Shown one piece after another: positions 13,195 to 24,365 of a stretch of 64,000 nucleotides of DNA; positions within the stretch are counted from its first letter, which is position 1; each line of letters begins with the position of its first letter. The stretch comes from Cetorhinus maximus. Lineage: Eukaryota. Location: positions 15,934,001 to 15,998,000 of the forward strand of contig NC_135907.1 of NCBI RefSeq assembly GCF_964194155.1. Direction: 5' to 3'. The translations under genes and the position numbers were made by a program. The notes below the pieces were generated by a model that had not been told where the DNA came from, did no database searches, and was given only the letters and a program-made list of their open reading frames with translations.

Positions 13195-13906
13195 GACGGA
13201 ATTCAATTGAACCCACCCCACCTTTGTGGTGGGGAAACTGGGACAATCGAGCAAGAGTACCCGCCTCAGATTGCCAGCATCGGGCAAACTGCCCCCACTT
13301 AAGTTGGGGTCGGAAAGGGCCCGATGCAGCAATCCTGCCCGCCAGTAGCAGGATGTCAATTATGCTCATTAATGAGCTACTTGACAGCAATTATCCCTGA
13401 GCCCACCAGAATTGAGTGGTGGCTCAGGGATTAAACGGAACTCGCACGGCTCTCCTGTGACTCCTGATGGCCACCCGGCAAACCCTATCGCGTTTTCCCC
13501 TCCGCTGCTCTCTCTGGCAACCACCTCCTCATCCCTAACCATTCGGTGTGTCCAGTGATGTGGCGCTTATCCTCGGGCTGGGCCTGGGGGCATTACCCGA
13601 AGCAGCCACCCTTCCCACCGGCCCCTAATTGACCTGCAGCTCTCGAGGGTCAGCCTCTATTTCACCCCACCACCAACCACTCCCCCCCCCCCCCCCCCAC
13701 CCAACACCCCCATTGGCATGCTTGATTGTGGGGAAGGCTCAGCGCTGACCTGTTAAGTGCATGAGAGCATTTAAGTAGCATGGCCCTATCCTAGAGAAGT
13801 GATGGGGGCACCCATTGATTTTCCAACCGGTGGCAGGGGGAGTGAGACCAGTGAGGGGAGTGGGGGGGGGGGTGGAGCAGACCGCTGTCGCTAGAATTAA
13901 ATCCCA
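13195..13906. mobile_element. Degenerate MITE-like element related to 7958-8606
   Basis: Degenerate TIRs (GGAATTCAAT / ATTAAATCCC), GC-rich interior, located between the two halves of a SINE. Confidence 0.45.
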
Positions 13907-15425
13907 GTTTACGGCACTGCTTTGAAGAAGAGCAGGGGAGTTCACCCTGGTGTCCTGGCCAATATTTACCACTCAATCGATATCAGGCTTATCTGGTGGT
14001 TATCACGTTGCTGTTTGTGGGAGCTTGCTGTGCACACATTGGCTGCCACGTTTCCTACATTACAATAGTGACAACATTTCAAAAAGCACTTCATTGGCTG
14101 TAAAGCGCTTTGAGACGTTTAGTGGTTGTGAAAGGCGCTATATAAATGAAAGTCTTTTTTTTCTCATGACTCCTCTCTGTCCTTCTATTATCATAAGACA
14201 TAGGAGCAGAAATTAGGCCATTCGGCCCATAACCTTCTCTCCTTTATCTGCCCTATCAACCTTTTATTTTTTTCCAGTTATGCAGAAGGATCCACATTTG
14301 AACCATTAGCTTGGCTATTCCCTCTGCAGAGGCTGGCTGACCTGTTGGGCACTTGCAGAGCTTCTGGTGACTGCCCCAAGGCAGAAGTGCTTTTTGTTTG
14401 AACCCCCTCCAGCCTGTTCTGCAGCGTTTTGTTTGCAATTGGCTGGGCTTGGAGAGGCAGGGAGATCCTGGATTGTGATGTTTGATCTGGAGATCCCCTG
14501 GGCAGGTGAATCTAGAACCAGGGGACATGGCCTCAGAATAAGGGCTGAGACGAGGAGGAGTTTCTTCTCTCAGGGGGTGGTGGATCTTTGGAATTCGCTA
14601 GCCCAGAGGGCTGCGGAAGACCAGTCGTTGAGCATGTTCAAGACAGAAATCGATAGATGGAGGCTGGTGACATCGAGGGACATGGAGGCGCTGCAGCAAG
14701 GTGGCATTGAAGGGAAAGTGGGATTGAGGTAGATGATCAGCCATGATCTAACTGAATCGCAGAGCAGGCTTGACGGGCTGAATGGCCTACTCCCATTCCT
14801 ATGTTCCTACGAGATGGAAAGGTAGTGGTGGGGGGGAGGGTAAAAACTGTTTGACTCACCCTTCCCCAACCTCGGGCCAAGTCTGCGTGTTGAGCGCAGC
14901 CAATTTGTCGAGTCAGCATTGGGTGGTGTTGAACCTTAAATGCAGAGGGAAGCATTGTGGAAGGAAAAAGGCGTGAGTGGAAAAGGTGGGGATAAATCAA
15001 TATTTAAATGAACTTCTGCATACCTGTGGAAGTCGGCTGTGAAGGGACAAGCTGCCCTGATAGGACTGGAAGAATCCCCTTCAGTCTGCGAACAGCCCTG
15101 TGATAAAGAAGCTTTTGAGCACTCTTTCTGTAGATAAATAAACATCAACATCCTGCTTGGCCCCAAAGCAAACCGAGGTTAATGCCAAGGACATGTTGAA
15201 CATAAAAAGCATTCACTGTTAAGGCACTGTTTGATAAGCCTAGGTGCAAGGGGTTACATAATATATTCACACATTTCCAGGATTAATTTAGCTCCTTTGA
15301 CGTCTTATTAAAGTTTTGAATTTGCTAAGATATTCCAACTGTGAATCATTAATAACTCTCGAGCGATTATAAGGAGAAAGCTGTGAATGCTGAAAATCTA
15401 AAATTAAAATAAAGCTCTGAGGGAA

Positions 15426-15630
15426 CAAAAACAGAAAGTGCTGGAAAAACTCAGCAGGTCTAACAGCATCTGTGGAGAGAAAGACAGAGTTAACGTTTCG
15501 ACTCCGTGCGGAACTCGAAGCGTTAACTCCGTCTTTCTCTCCACAGATGCTGTTAGACCTGCTGAGATAATCCAGCATTTTCTGTTTTTGTTCCAGATTT
15601 CCAGCATTCACAGTATTTTGCTTTTATCTT
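15426..15630. repeat. Head-to-head inverted pair of the Penelope-like repeat (about 80-bp arms)
   Basis: Near-perfect palindrome centred at about 15509; the ORF track shows mirror peptides on both strands. Confidence 0.85.
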
Positions 15631-16120
15631 AAAGTTCTGGGGGCTTCAGTGTGTAAATGTTGTAAAAAAGAATCCTATTCTTGTAGATCCGCACTGAATG
15701 TCTGTTGCACTTAGATGGGTGAATGTTAGTTGCTTTTAGACACACATAAATAACTATATAATTTGGTTAAAAATTGAATTGTCTAATCTAAATAGGCTTT
15801 ATGAAATTCCTTAATCTACTTCGACGCTGTACCTTGGCTTATTGAGGATGGAATATCTTCCGTGGTACATATCTCACCACCGCACAAAAAATGTCAAAAA
15901 TGCATGGCAGCTCCGTCAGCTTCTGAATATAGAGATCACTATTTCCACTTTGTATTGTAAAGTGTCAGGCGTGGCTCACTCTGCGTTAGAAAGCCATGGG
16001 TTCAAGTCCTGCGACAGAGACTTGAGCACATAATCTACACTGGCACTGCCAGTGCAGTACTGAGGGAATGCTGAAAAGTCAGAGGTGCCATTTTTTGGAT
16101 GCGATGTTTAACCAAGGCCC

Positions 16121-19100
16121 TGTTTCACATGACTAACTAGTGCCAGTGATGCATCATCATCTATGTCATACCTTAGCGTATCCCACCTGTTAACCCTTTA
16201 TATTACACCTGCCCCCGAGTATGCTTTCCTACTTTCTAACAACATGAAACTATGTCTTTAACTATTTACATTAGATTTCTGTAACTCCCTTTACAACTAC
16301 AGACTCTACAACTCCAACTCCAACTCCTACTCTTCCCTCCCCTAAGTCACAGTTCTGGGGGATTCAATCTCCCTCAATTTTCTCGGCCCTTAGTGAAGAA
16401 GTCTTAGGGGCATGAGAGTTCCCTTCTGCGTTTGCTAGGACATCACCATATGCGGAATAGGGCAGCACCTTAGCATCATTGTTGCCAGCATTACTGGGGA
16501 GCAAAGTGTCAGTAGCAGACTTACTGAACTACAAGAACAACGAAGACTTTGCAACAAAAGATTGATCCAAAAGAGAAGACTTGAGAAGAATGGACCTTTG
16601 GACCTTCTGGGACTAGAAGAGAAGAACTCAGGACTCTCGGAGGGATTTGTTGCTCCCTCGAAGGACTCTGGGAAGAAGTTTCAGAAGAGGAGAGATCTTC
16701 AAATTTTGGGAAGGCTATCACAGCTGCATCATCAAATGCTGCGACTGAAAAGGTATTGAAGAGCTGAGCTTTCAACGAACTTAAGTGGCAAAGGAAAATA
16801 TGACCCAATTCCTGTAACACTGTCAGGGAAAGAAGAAGGGATGATCGCCCAATTTTTCGGGAGGACCGTTTCATTTCTGTTGGCAGTGGTAAGAGACCCA
16901 CACTTCTCTCTGTGTGAGGTTGTTCTGCCCTGGGGAATGGGGAGAACTGCTGAGAATATGGAGACAAGGCAACCTCATCTTCTGTAATTTCGTGTAGACA
17001 ATCAACTCGGGGACAAGATTGCTGTACAGGATTCTGCAGCTTCAGAAGTGCTGAAAACTCTGCCACAGCTTCTGTGCTGACCTCCAACTCTGAAGAGAAG
17101 GCATTCAGCTGAGACTGAAGTATGGGGGGGCAATTGACTTTCACCCTGGGAAGGTACCAGCTCTTGAGCAGTGTGATTCTGTGGAAGACTCCTCATAAGC
17201 AACAGGAGACAATCTAGGCCATACATCAGTAGATTCAATGGAGCTAAGATCTAAATGCTGCTCAACCACTGAAAGCACATCTGATTTTTCTAAAAAGACA
17301 ACAGAGACATCATAAGGTGCATCCATAAACAGGAACTATGGGCAGGATTTTACTGTCGGCAAGTGGGGGCGGTGCCCACTCGCCGACGCGTAAAGTGACA
17401 CGGGATGATGTTGGGCGGAACCCCCGACGTCACCCCGCCCCATTTAAATTTTCAGGAAGGCGGGAGCGCAGCAAAATCAGCTGCGGGCCCGCTGACCTGT
17501 CAATGGCCAATTGAGGCCATTGACAGGATCAGTTAAGCAATTAAAGGACCTGCCCATCCAACCTTAAGGTTGTCGGGCAGGCCAGGAGCCCCAGCGACAA
17601 CCAGAGAAAACAAGAAACCTCATCCACCGGCGGGATGAGGTTTCATGTAGGGTTTTTAAAATTTTAATAACGTTGTTATGGAAACTATGAAAATGTCCCA
17701 ACTCATGTGACATTGTCACGAGGGGACAGGTAAGGGAATTTTTTTTCTCTATTTTTAATATTGTTGCAAGTAGAGCCGATCTCCCTGAGGCAGCACTTAG
17801 CCTCAGGGAGATGAGTGCGCTTTTTCGTGCACATGCGCGAAAGAGTGCACTCTCGATTTTAGCATAGCGCTTCCCTGCGGATGTCACGCTGGGCGGGCCT
17901 TAAATGGCCCACCCGCGCAAAATGGCAGCTTGCGATTGGGTCAGCTCTGCCCGCCCGATGAACGGAAAATTCAGCCCTATGAATCATTTTCTAGGATCTC
18001 AACCTCCAAGGGATCACTCAAGTACTGCAAGGGATTCCCCCTCATTACTCTCTAGCAAGTGACAATTCAGGTCCAGCAGGTCTGCATGGGGATGGTCACC
18101 ATCTACTGCAATGCCTTCTGTATCCATCACCTCTGGCCTTACTTCATGAAGGGCTGAAGGATTCACAGCTTCCTTGTCTGCCCTGGGTCTAGTGGATGAT
18201 GTCTCTGTGAAAGAAAGGAGCTTGCTGCTGAGTGTATAAACTTCCCCAGCTTCTAAGGGCTGAATTTCCACTGCTCCGAAATAAAAGGTTGAAGATTATT
18301 TCAGGGAAGGCAGTGAGTCGTTCAAATGATGAGCATCATCTGCTTTTTCCAGGATTCCTAGATGTATACCGACATCACCACTCAATAGGGATGTACGGTG
18401 ATTGTGAAGAACATCGAATTGACGATCTGTCACCCCTTGTAGCTAAGAGGAGCAATAATCCTGCCTCTGATTGGAAGGTCTGTGCTGCCTGGAACTTGTA
18501 ACCCGATATCTGATGGATAAAGGGTAACCTTGTGAAGTTAGTCGAGGTGCCTTGAACTGGGACTGTAACTGACCAGTAGTCTGGATTAAGACTATCTACT
18601 TCCCCTAGGAATTCTGTCAGGACATCGTTTTGTGGACTTTCCATTTCTTGGAAGGAATGTGTTTCATAAATACTTGCTGGTCAGGGACTTTGATTAAAAT
18701 TGCTGGATTTGAAGAAACACTTGAAAAATGTTGAGTTTTGCCACACTGGAAGTGTTCCACGCTCCCTGCTAGGCAGGCTGGGCAGTCCGGGCTGGGTTTT
18801 CGCACCACAACACAAGCATCTCAAAATGGCTGCCGGCGTGGATTTCCCCGCCTTTTCACTTGGTTTGGCGGGATTCCTTATGGGTGGCGCCGCTGCCCAC
18901 TCTACAGAGTCATGTGAAGCCTTGGAGTTGCCGGGAACTATAGCCTGATTAAATGCTCGATGCTTGGCCTGCGTCGACACTGGACAACTCGGTCCAATGT
19001 AAGATCCCCTTTGGTTTGCAGAAAGTTGAAGAGTTTTTCATCCTGGACACCCACGACTATGCGATCACAGGTTAGCTCGTCCTTGCCAACCCCCTCCCCC

Positions 19101-19876
19101 CTCGTATCTGCAAGAACTAGCTAGGCGATGTAGGTCAGTTAGGAATAATTCATTCAATTACCCAGGTCATAGTGAGCGCTGGTTAAAACATGCTCGTTCA
19201 ATTACTAAATGTTGCTTCAGGCTGAAATAGGTGTCAAAGGTTTTAATAATGGAATCAAAATCTGCAGGAAACTCCGGCACATCCTGCCTTAGGAGAACGT
19301 TATCTGCTACCGGACGTACTGCATAAAGAAAGGAACTAACTTGAAGCTTTTGCTCTTTCTCATGAAGACCTGATGCTGCTTGGTACTGGAGAAAATGACG
19401 TTTCCATAACTCCCGCTGCTGGCTTTTCTGTGGGCCCTCGAGGCAGAGCAAGGGCAGGGACTGCTCACCAGGTACGATCATCGTTATCTCTCTCCTATGT
19501 GACTCCTTCTTCTGCTAAAATTCCTCGAGCTGCTTTCAAAGGTTTCTCCACTCTGTGGTCCCTTTGATAACATCAATGTCTCTTTTTACATTGATGTCTC
19601 CACCGCTGCCACCATGTTCTGAGATTAGGCCCTTTTGTCTTAAACTCTAGATGTGGGACTTGGTTCTTAGACGGACCGTAGACATATTCTGGTATCTACT
19701 TAACACTTGTTTATTGGGATTACTTCTAAGCAGGTTACATAGTAGGCATGTAGCTCTTAGACATGATTCCACCCTCTCTCTTGTGAGAGTCTAACTCATG
19801 ACTGACTAGTATCAGTACTACATCATCATCTACGTCATACATTGGCATTTCCCATCTGTTAACCCTTTATACCACA
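16121..19876 (-). mobile_element. Gypsy-type LTR element with gag but no recognisable pol
   Basis: 5' LTR 19615-19876 (TG...CA), truncated 3' LTR about 16121-16207, tRNA-Leu PBS TGGTGGCAGCGGTGG (19600-19614), PPT GGGGGCAGG. Gag remnant (WKRHFLQYQAASGL...ERACFNQR), degenerate Zn knuckle and protease N-terminus only. Confidence 0.8.
17340..17977. mobile_element. PIF/Harbinger-type MITE inserted in the LTR element
   Basis: TIRs GGGCAGGATTTT / AAAATTCAGCCC with 3-bp TSD TAT. Confidence 0.8.
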
Positions 19877-19899
19877 GTCCTTGGTCAGGATTGATAGAG

Positions 19900-20082
19900 A
19901 CTGCTAGAGGTTAAGCTCTGGTAAACGTTACCTTTTATTGAACATTATACTATATACAGTACAGACTTAGCATGAGGCGTCACACAGAGCTATATCTCAT
20001 CATACTCTGTTGTCATGTGATCTTATATCACTGATTATGTAGACTATATATTTACATATTTAACATTAACCCTTTACACCAT
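19900..20082 (-). mobile_element. Solo LTR related to the adjacent element
   Basis: Ends in the same TTAACCCTTTA..CCA terminus and carries a minus-strand AATAAA. Confidence 0.5.
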
Positions 20083-23000
20083 AGAAGGTTGAGGAGAAAT
20101 TTGGTAGATGTGTTCAAAAATCATGACAGGTCCGGACCGAATAGATAGGGAGAAACTGTTCCCATTGGCAGAGGATTGAGAGCCAGAGGGCACCGATTTA
20201 AGGTGATTGGCAAAAGGACAAGAGATGACATGAGGAAAATCTTTTTTTTTTTTACGCAGCGAGTGGTTAGGATCTGGAATGCACTGCCTGAGCGTGTGGT
20301 GGAGGCAGATTCAATTGCGGGCTTTCAAAAGGGAATTGTATAATTATCTGAAGAAAAAAAAATTGCGGGGCAACTCGGGATGGGCGAGGGAGTGGGACTA
20401 ACTGAGTTGCTCTTGCAGAGCCGGCAAGGACACGATGGGCGGCCGTCCGATGATTCTGCTCCCTAAGGCCTCTGGATTACCCGTCCAGCAAAATAACCAC
20501 CATGCCACCCCCTCCGACCTCTCCCCACCACACACACACACACTATTCAGAACTGACCTCTATGTGTTCCAGAATATCAAATATCAAAGAATTGAGGAGG
20601 GCATTAAACTGTGGGCCCATCATCAGCAAACTCCTAGTGGCTGGGAGTAAGTAGTTGGAAACCTCACAAGAAAAATATACTGTGGACCAGCTAGTTTCTG
20701 TAGTCAGAAAGATTATAAGAGAGCAAAAGACTGTGTTTACAGAAGGCGGCTATAAAAAATAACATAATAAACTAATGACAAGAGCTGAGACGTGTTATTT
20801 CCCATTTAAGGAGTTCCACTAAAAGTTCTACAAGAAAGCATTTATAAAACATTTGGGTTTTTTTTTTGATTCTTTCATGGGATGTGGACATTGCTGCCAA
20901 GGCCAGCATTTGTTGCCCATCCCTAATTGCCCTTGAGCTAAGTGGGCAGTTAAGAGTCAACCACATTGCTGTGGATCTGGAGTCACGTGTAGGTCAGACC
21001 AGGTAAGGATGGCAGATTTCCTCCCCTAAAGGGCATGAGTGAACCAGATGGGTTTTACAACAATCAATGATAGTTTCATTACTGAGACTAGCTTTACATT
21101 CCAGATTTTATTCATTGAATCCCCACCAGCTGCTGTGGTGGGATTTGAATCCATGGGCCCTAGGCATTAGCCTAGGCCTACCGAATTATTAGTTCACTAC
21201 GTTACCACTACACCACCGTCTTTCCCCCCACCCACTGCTCCCCAACTTCATAGTTATTGCCTTCAACACGTAAATGCCCCGATGAGCTTTACAGCCAATT
21301 AAGTACTTTTGAGATTGTAGTCACTGTTGCAATGTAGGAAATGCAGCAGCCATCTTGCAATCAGCAAGCTCCCACAAATCGTAATATGATAATGAGTCGA
21401 TAACCTGTTTTAGTCTTTTTGCTTGAAGGATAAATATTGGCCAAGGCATGCACCTGGGAAGACGCGCGCGTGCCATTCTTTAAAATAGTGCCATGGGATC
21501 TTTGTGTGCACTGCAGAAACTCACCAAGCCTCCTCAGGCAGCACCTTCCAAACCACAACCACCACCATCTAGAAGGACAAGGGCAGCAGATAGATGGGAA
21601 CACCACCATCTGGGAGTTCCCCTCCAAGCCACACGCGCTATCCTGACTTGGAACTATATCGCCGTTCCTTCACTGCCGCTGGGTCAAAATCCTCCCTCAC
21701 AGGACTGTGGGTGTACCTACACCGCAGGGGCTGCAGAGGTTCAAGAAGGCAGCTCACCACCACCTTCTCCAGGGCAGTTAGGGATGGGCAATAAATGCTG
21801 TCCCTGCCAGCGAAGCCCTACATCCCAAGTACGAAGAAAGTAAACCTGAGAGGGCAGATGGGGCCTCAGTTTAACATCTCATCTGAAAGGCAGCACTCTG
21901 ACAGTGCAGCACCCACTCAGTGCTGCACGGGGAGTGTTGGCCTGAACTTTGTGCTCAAGTTTCTGAAACTGAATGTGCAATCTTCTGACTGAGACCTAAC
22001 GGCCCAACCACTCCTACAGCTTATGTACGAAGGAGGCACTCCAGTACCCAGATGTAATTAGTAAACAGGAGTTATTGTACATCCTGATGGTCAGCAACCT
22101 GAAATGTTAACTCCGTTCATCTCTCCAGCTGCAGCCTGACCTGCTGTTTTCTGTTTTTATTATCATTGTTGCTGTTCACCTCCCTGGTGAGCATATTCTG
22201 AAAGCTTCTTGGGTCCCCAAGGCAAGGATACACACTCCCAAAGTCCTGTGAGATTAATCTGAAGTACAAAGGAAAGTAAAAATAATTGAGGTTTAAGTTG
22301 ATCCAAAACATATCAGATCATTTATTTATTTGTCATGCATTATGGATTCTTCTAGAAAAAGACTTGGACGTAGAATATTTCTTAAACGTAGCCTTATTTA
22401 TATACGTTTTCTAGCTGGGCCGTGACAATTATTCTAAGTGCTCACCGTAAACCAGATTATGCACACTTTGTCCGTCTTTATGTTGACTCACCACTCCCTC
22501 TGCTGTCCTTTCTGGATATTTCTCTTTAGAAAGTGCCCTGGCTAATCCTTTTTTGGTCCAAATTACAAGACCTCGCAGTTGCCTGCACTGAAATCCACAC
22601 TTTTGCCCATTCACGGAATCTATTAATATTCCTCTGTAATGTTATGCTTCCATCTACACTGCTTACAATGCTACCTATCTTTTTAAAATGTGTTCATCGT
22701 TGATTTGCTGTGCTAAATTGTAAAATCCGATCCACATATTTCTTTCTCTCTCAATGGAATCAAAATCTACCGTTATGTACCCACAATACCAGTCCGAGGG
22801 TACAATAGCCTGGCGGTTATGGTACTAGGTAAGTATCACAGAGGTTATCCTAGCCTGCTGTGAAATTGAATCAAATAAATGTAGTAATCTGTGAGGAGGT
22901 TCCTTTGTTCCACTGCAGTCAGTGGAATTAAATACCAGGTGCTGTGTAGTAGCTGGGCAGCCAATCCAATATCCCTCATTTTGCTCCACCATCTGAGAGC

Positions 23001-23099
23001 AATTTATTTTACAACATAGAAGTCCATTCGTCCCATATGCCTCTGCCAGCTCTTTGACAGAGGTTTTTTTTCTCCTTCGTGGAATGTGGATGTCGCTTA

Positions 23100-23990
23100 T
23101 GTTACGGACAGGAGGGGGGTTAATTTAAACAGCCCTGATTTCTCCTCTCACCGCCCGTCCATAAACAGAAAGGTGTTTTGATTTGCTTCCTCCTTTCTAA
23201 GCGGTGGCATGGTTCCCAAACCCTCAGCTTGGGTGTGGTCCAATTTGCTATTAACAACCCCACATCAAACTCGAGACAGGATAAACTCAGATGGTTAGTT
23301 TATTCTGCACACACTCAAACGTGGTTAAGAGGGGGGGGTGGGGTCGCAACGTAGTCCCCTGTGCATTCATACAAAAAAAGAGGGATAGAGAAAGAAAGAT
23401 TTACAGCACGAAGACCAGAGAAAAGAATTATTGCTTCATGTGAGTCCATAGTCCAGCATCAAAGTCCAATGGCGAATTCCTTCACAGAGGTCAGCAGGCT
23501 GAACTGATGCTGGATAATTCACTTTTCCGGTAAAGTTGACTTCCTCAATGAGATAGACTCGCAGAGATAAATCAGTCTTGTAGGCGATGTTACAGGAGTT
23601 CCAGTCGAAACAATGTAGATGGGGCCAGGCATTTAAACCTGGACAGAGCCCCTTTTCCTTGCTGCTGCTAGGTAAATGGAAAAATGACATACTGAGCTTT
23701 GCAGCTCCATAAAGCAATGTTACTGGTTCCACCAACTCCCGCCTCTCCACTTTGGCTTTGACAAATGAAGTATATCCCTTTTTCTGGATCCTTGAGATTG
23801 TTAATGTTTCAACCATTAAGTCTTAAAGGGAGGTTGCAGGGTCTTTTGTCCTTGCAGATGAATCGCCCTTGGTTGGCCAGGCCTATCTTACGAAGTGTAG
23901 ATGGCCTCTGTATAGTTCCTTTTGAATTTGGTCTCTGCAGCCCACAGGGGGTCGTCGTGGTCTCTTCAGAGATAACGAGGCACAAGTATC
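23100..23990 (-). mobile_element. Solo LTR-like repeat (same family as 3981-5000)
   Basis: TGTTAC terminus at 23100, minus-strand AATAAA, long similarity to 4164-4688. Confidence 0.65.
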
Positions 23991-24004
23991 TACGATGCTG
24001 CCCT

Positions 24005-24365
24005 GGTAGCTCTTTTGTGCTGAGGGTGAGCTGCACTGTTGGAGGCATGCCATCTTTCAGATGAGATGTTATATCGAGGTTCTGGCTGACTGGTCAGGTG
24101 GAGGTAAAAGATCCCGCATTTCGAAGAAGAGCGGGGGAGTTATCCCCGGTGTCCTGGCCAGTATTTATCCCTCAACCAACGTCACTAAAACATGTTATCT
24201 GGCCATTATCACATTATTGATTGCGGGAGCTTGCTGTGTGCAAATTGGCTGTAGCATTTCCTACATTACAACAGTGATTACGCTTCAAAAGTGCTTCATT
24301 GCCTGTAAAGTGCTTTGAGATGTCCAGTTGTCGTGAAAAGCACCATATGTAACTACAGCTCTTAT
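24005..24365 (+). mobile_element. Deu-domain SINE, SacSINE1-like (other copies about 7205-7430 + 13907-14160, 15966-16120, 32069-32785, 36460-36830, 37540-37870, 40340-40645, 42270-42520, 55980-56130 -)
   Basis: GCACTGTCGGAGGTGCCGTCTTT...GATGAGATGTTAAACC...GAAGAAGAGCAGGGGAGTT...GTCCTGGCCAATATTTATCCCTCAA matches the Deu domain as I recall it. Confidence 0.75.

Noticed and set aside
7205-16207. Targeting of Deu-SINEs by both LTR elements
   Set aside because: SINEs are abundant, the sites differ, and the second junction is a truncated LTR, so it is not an original insertion site.
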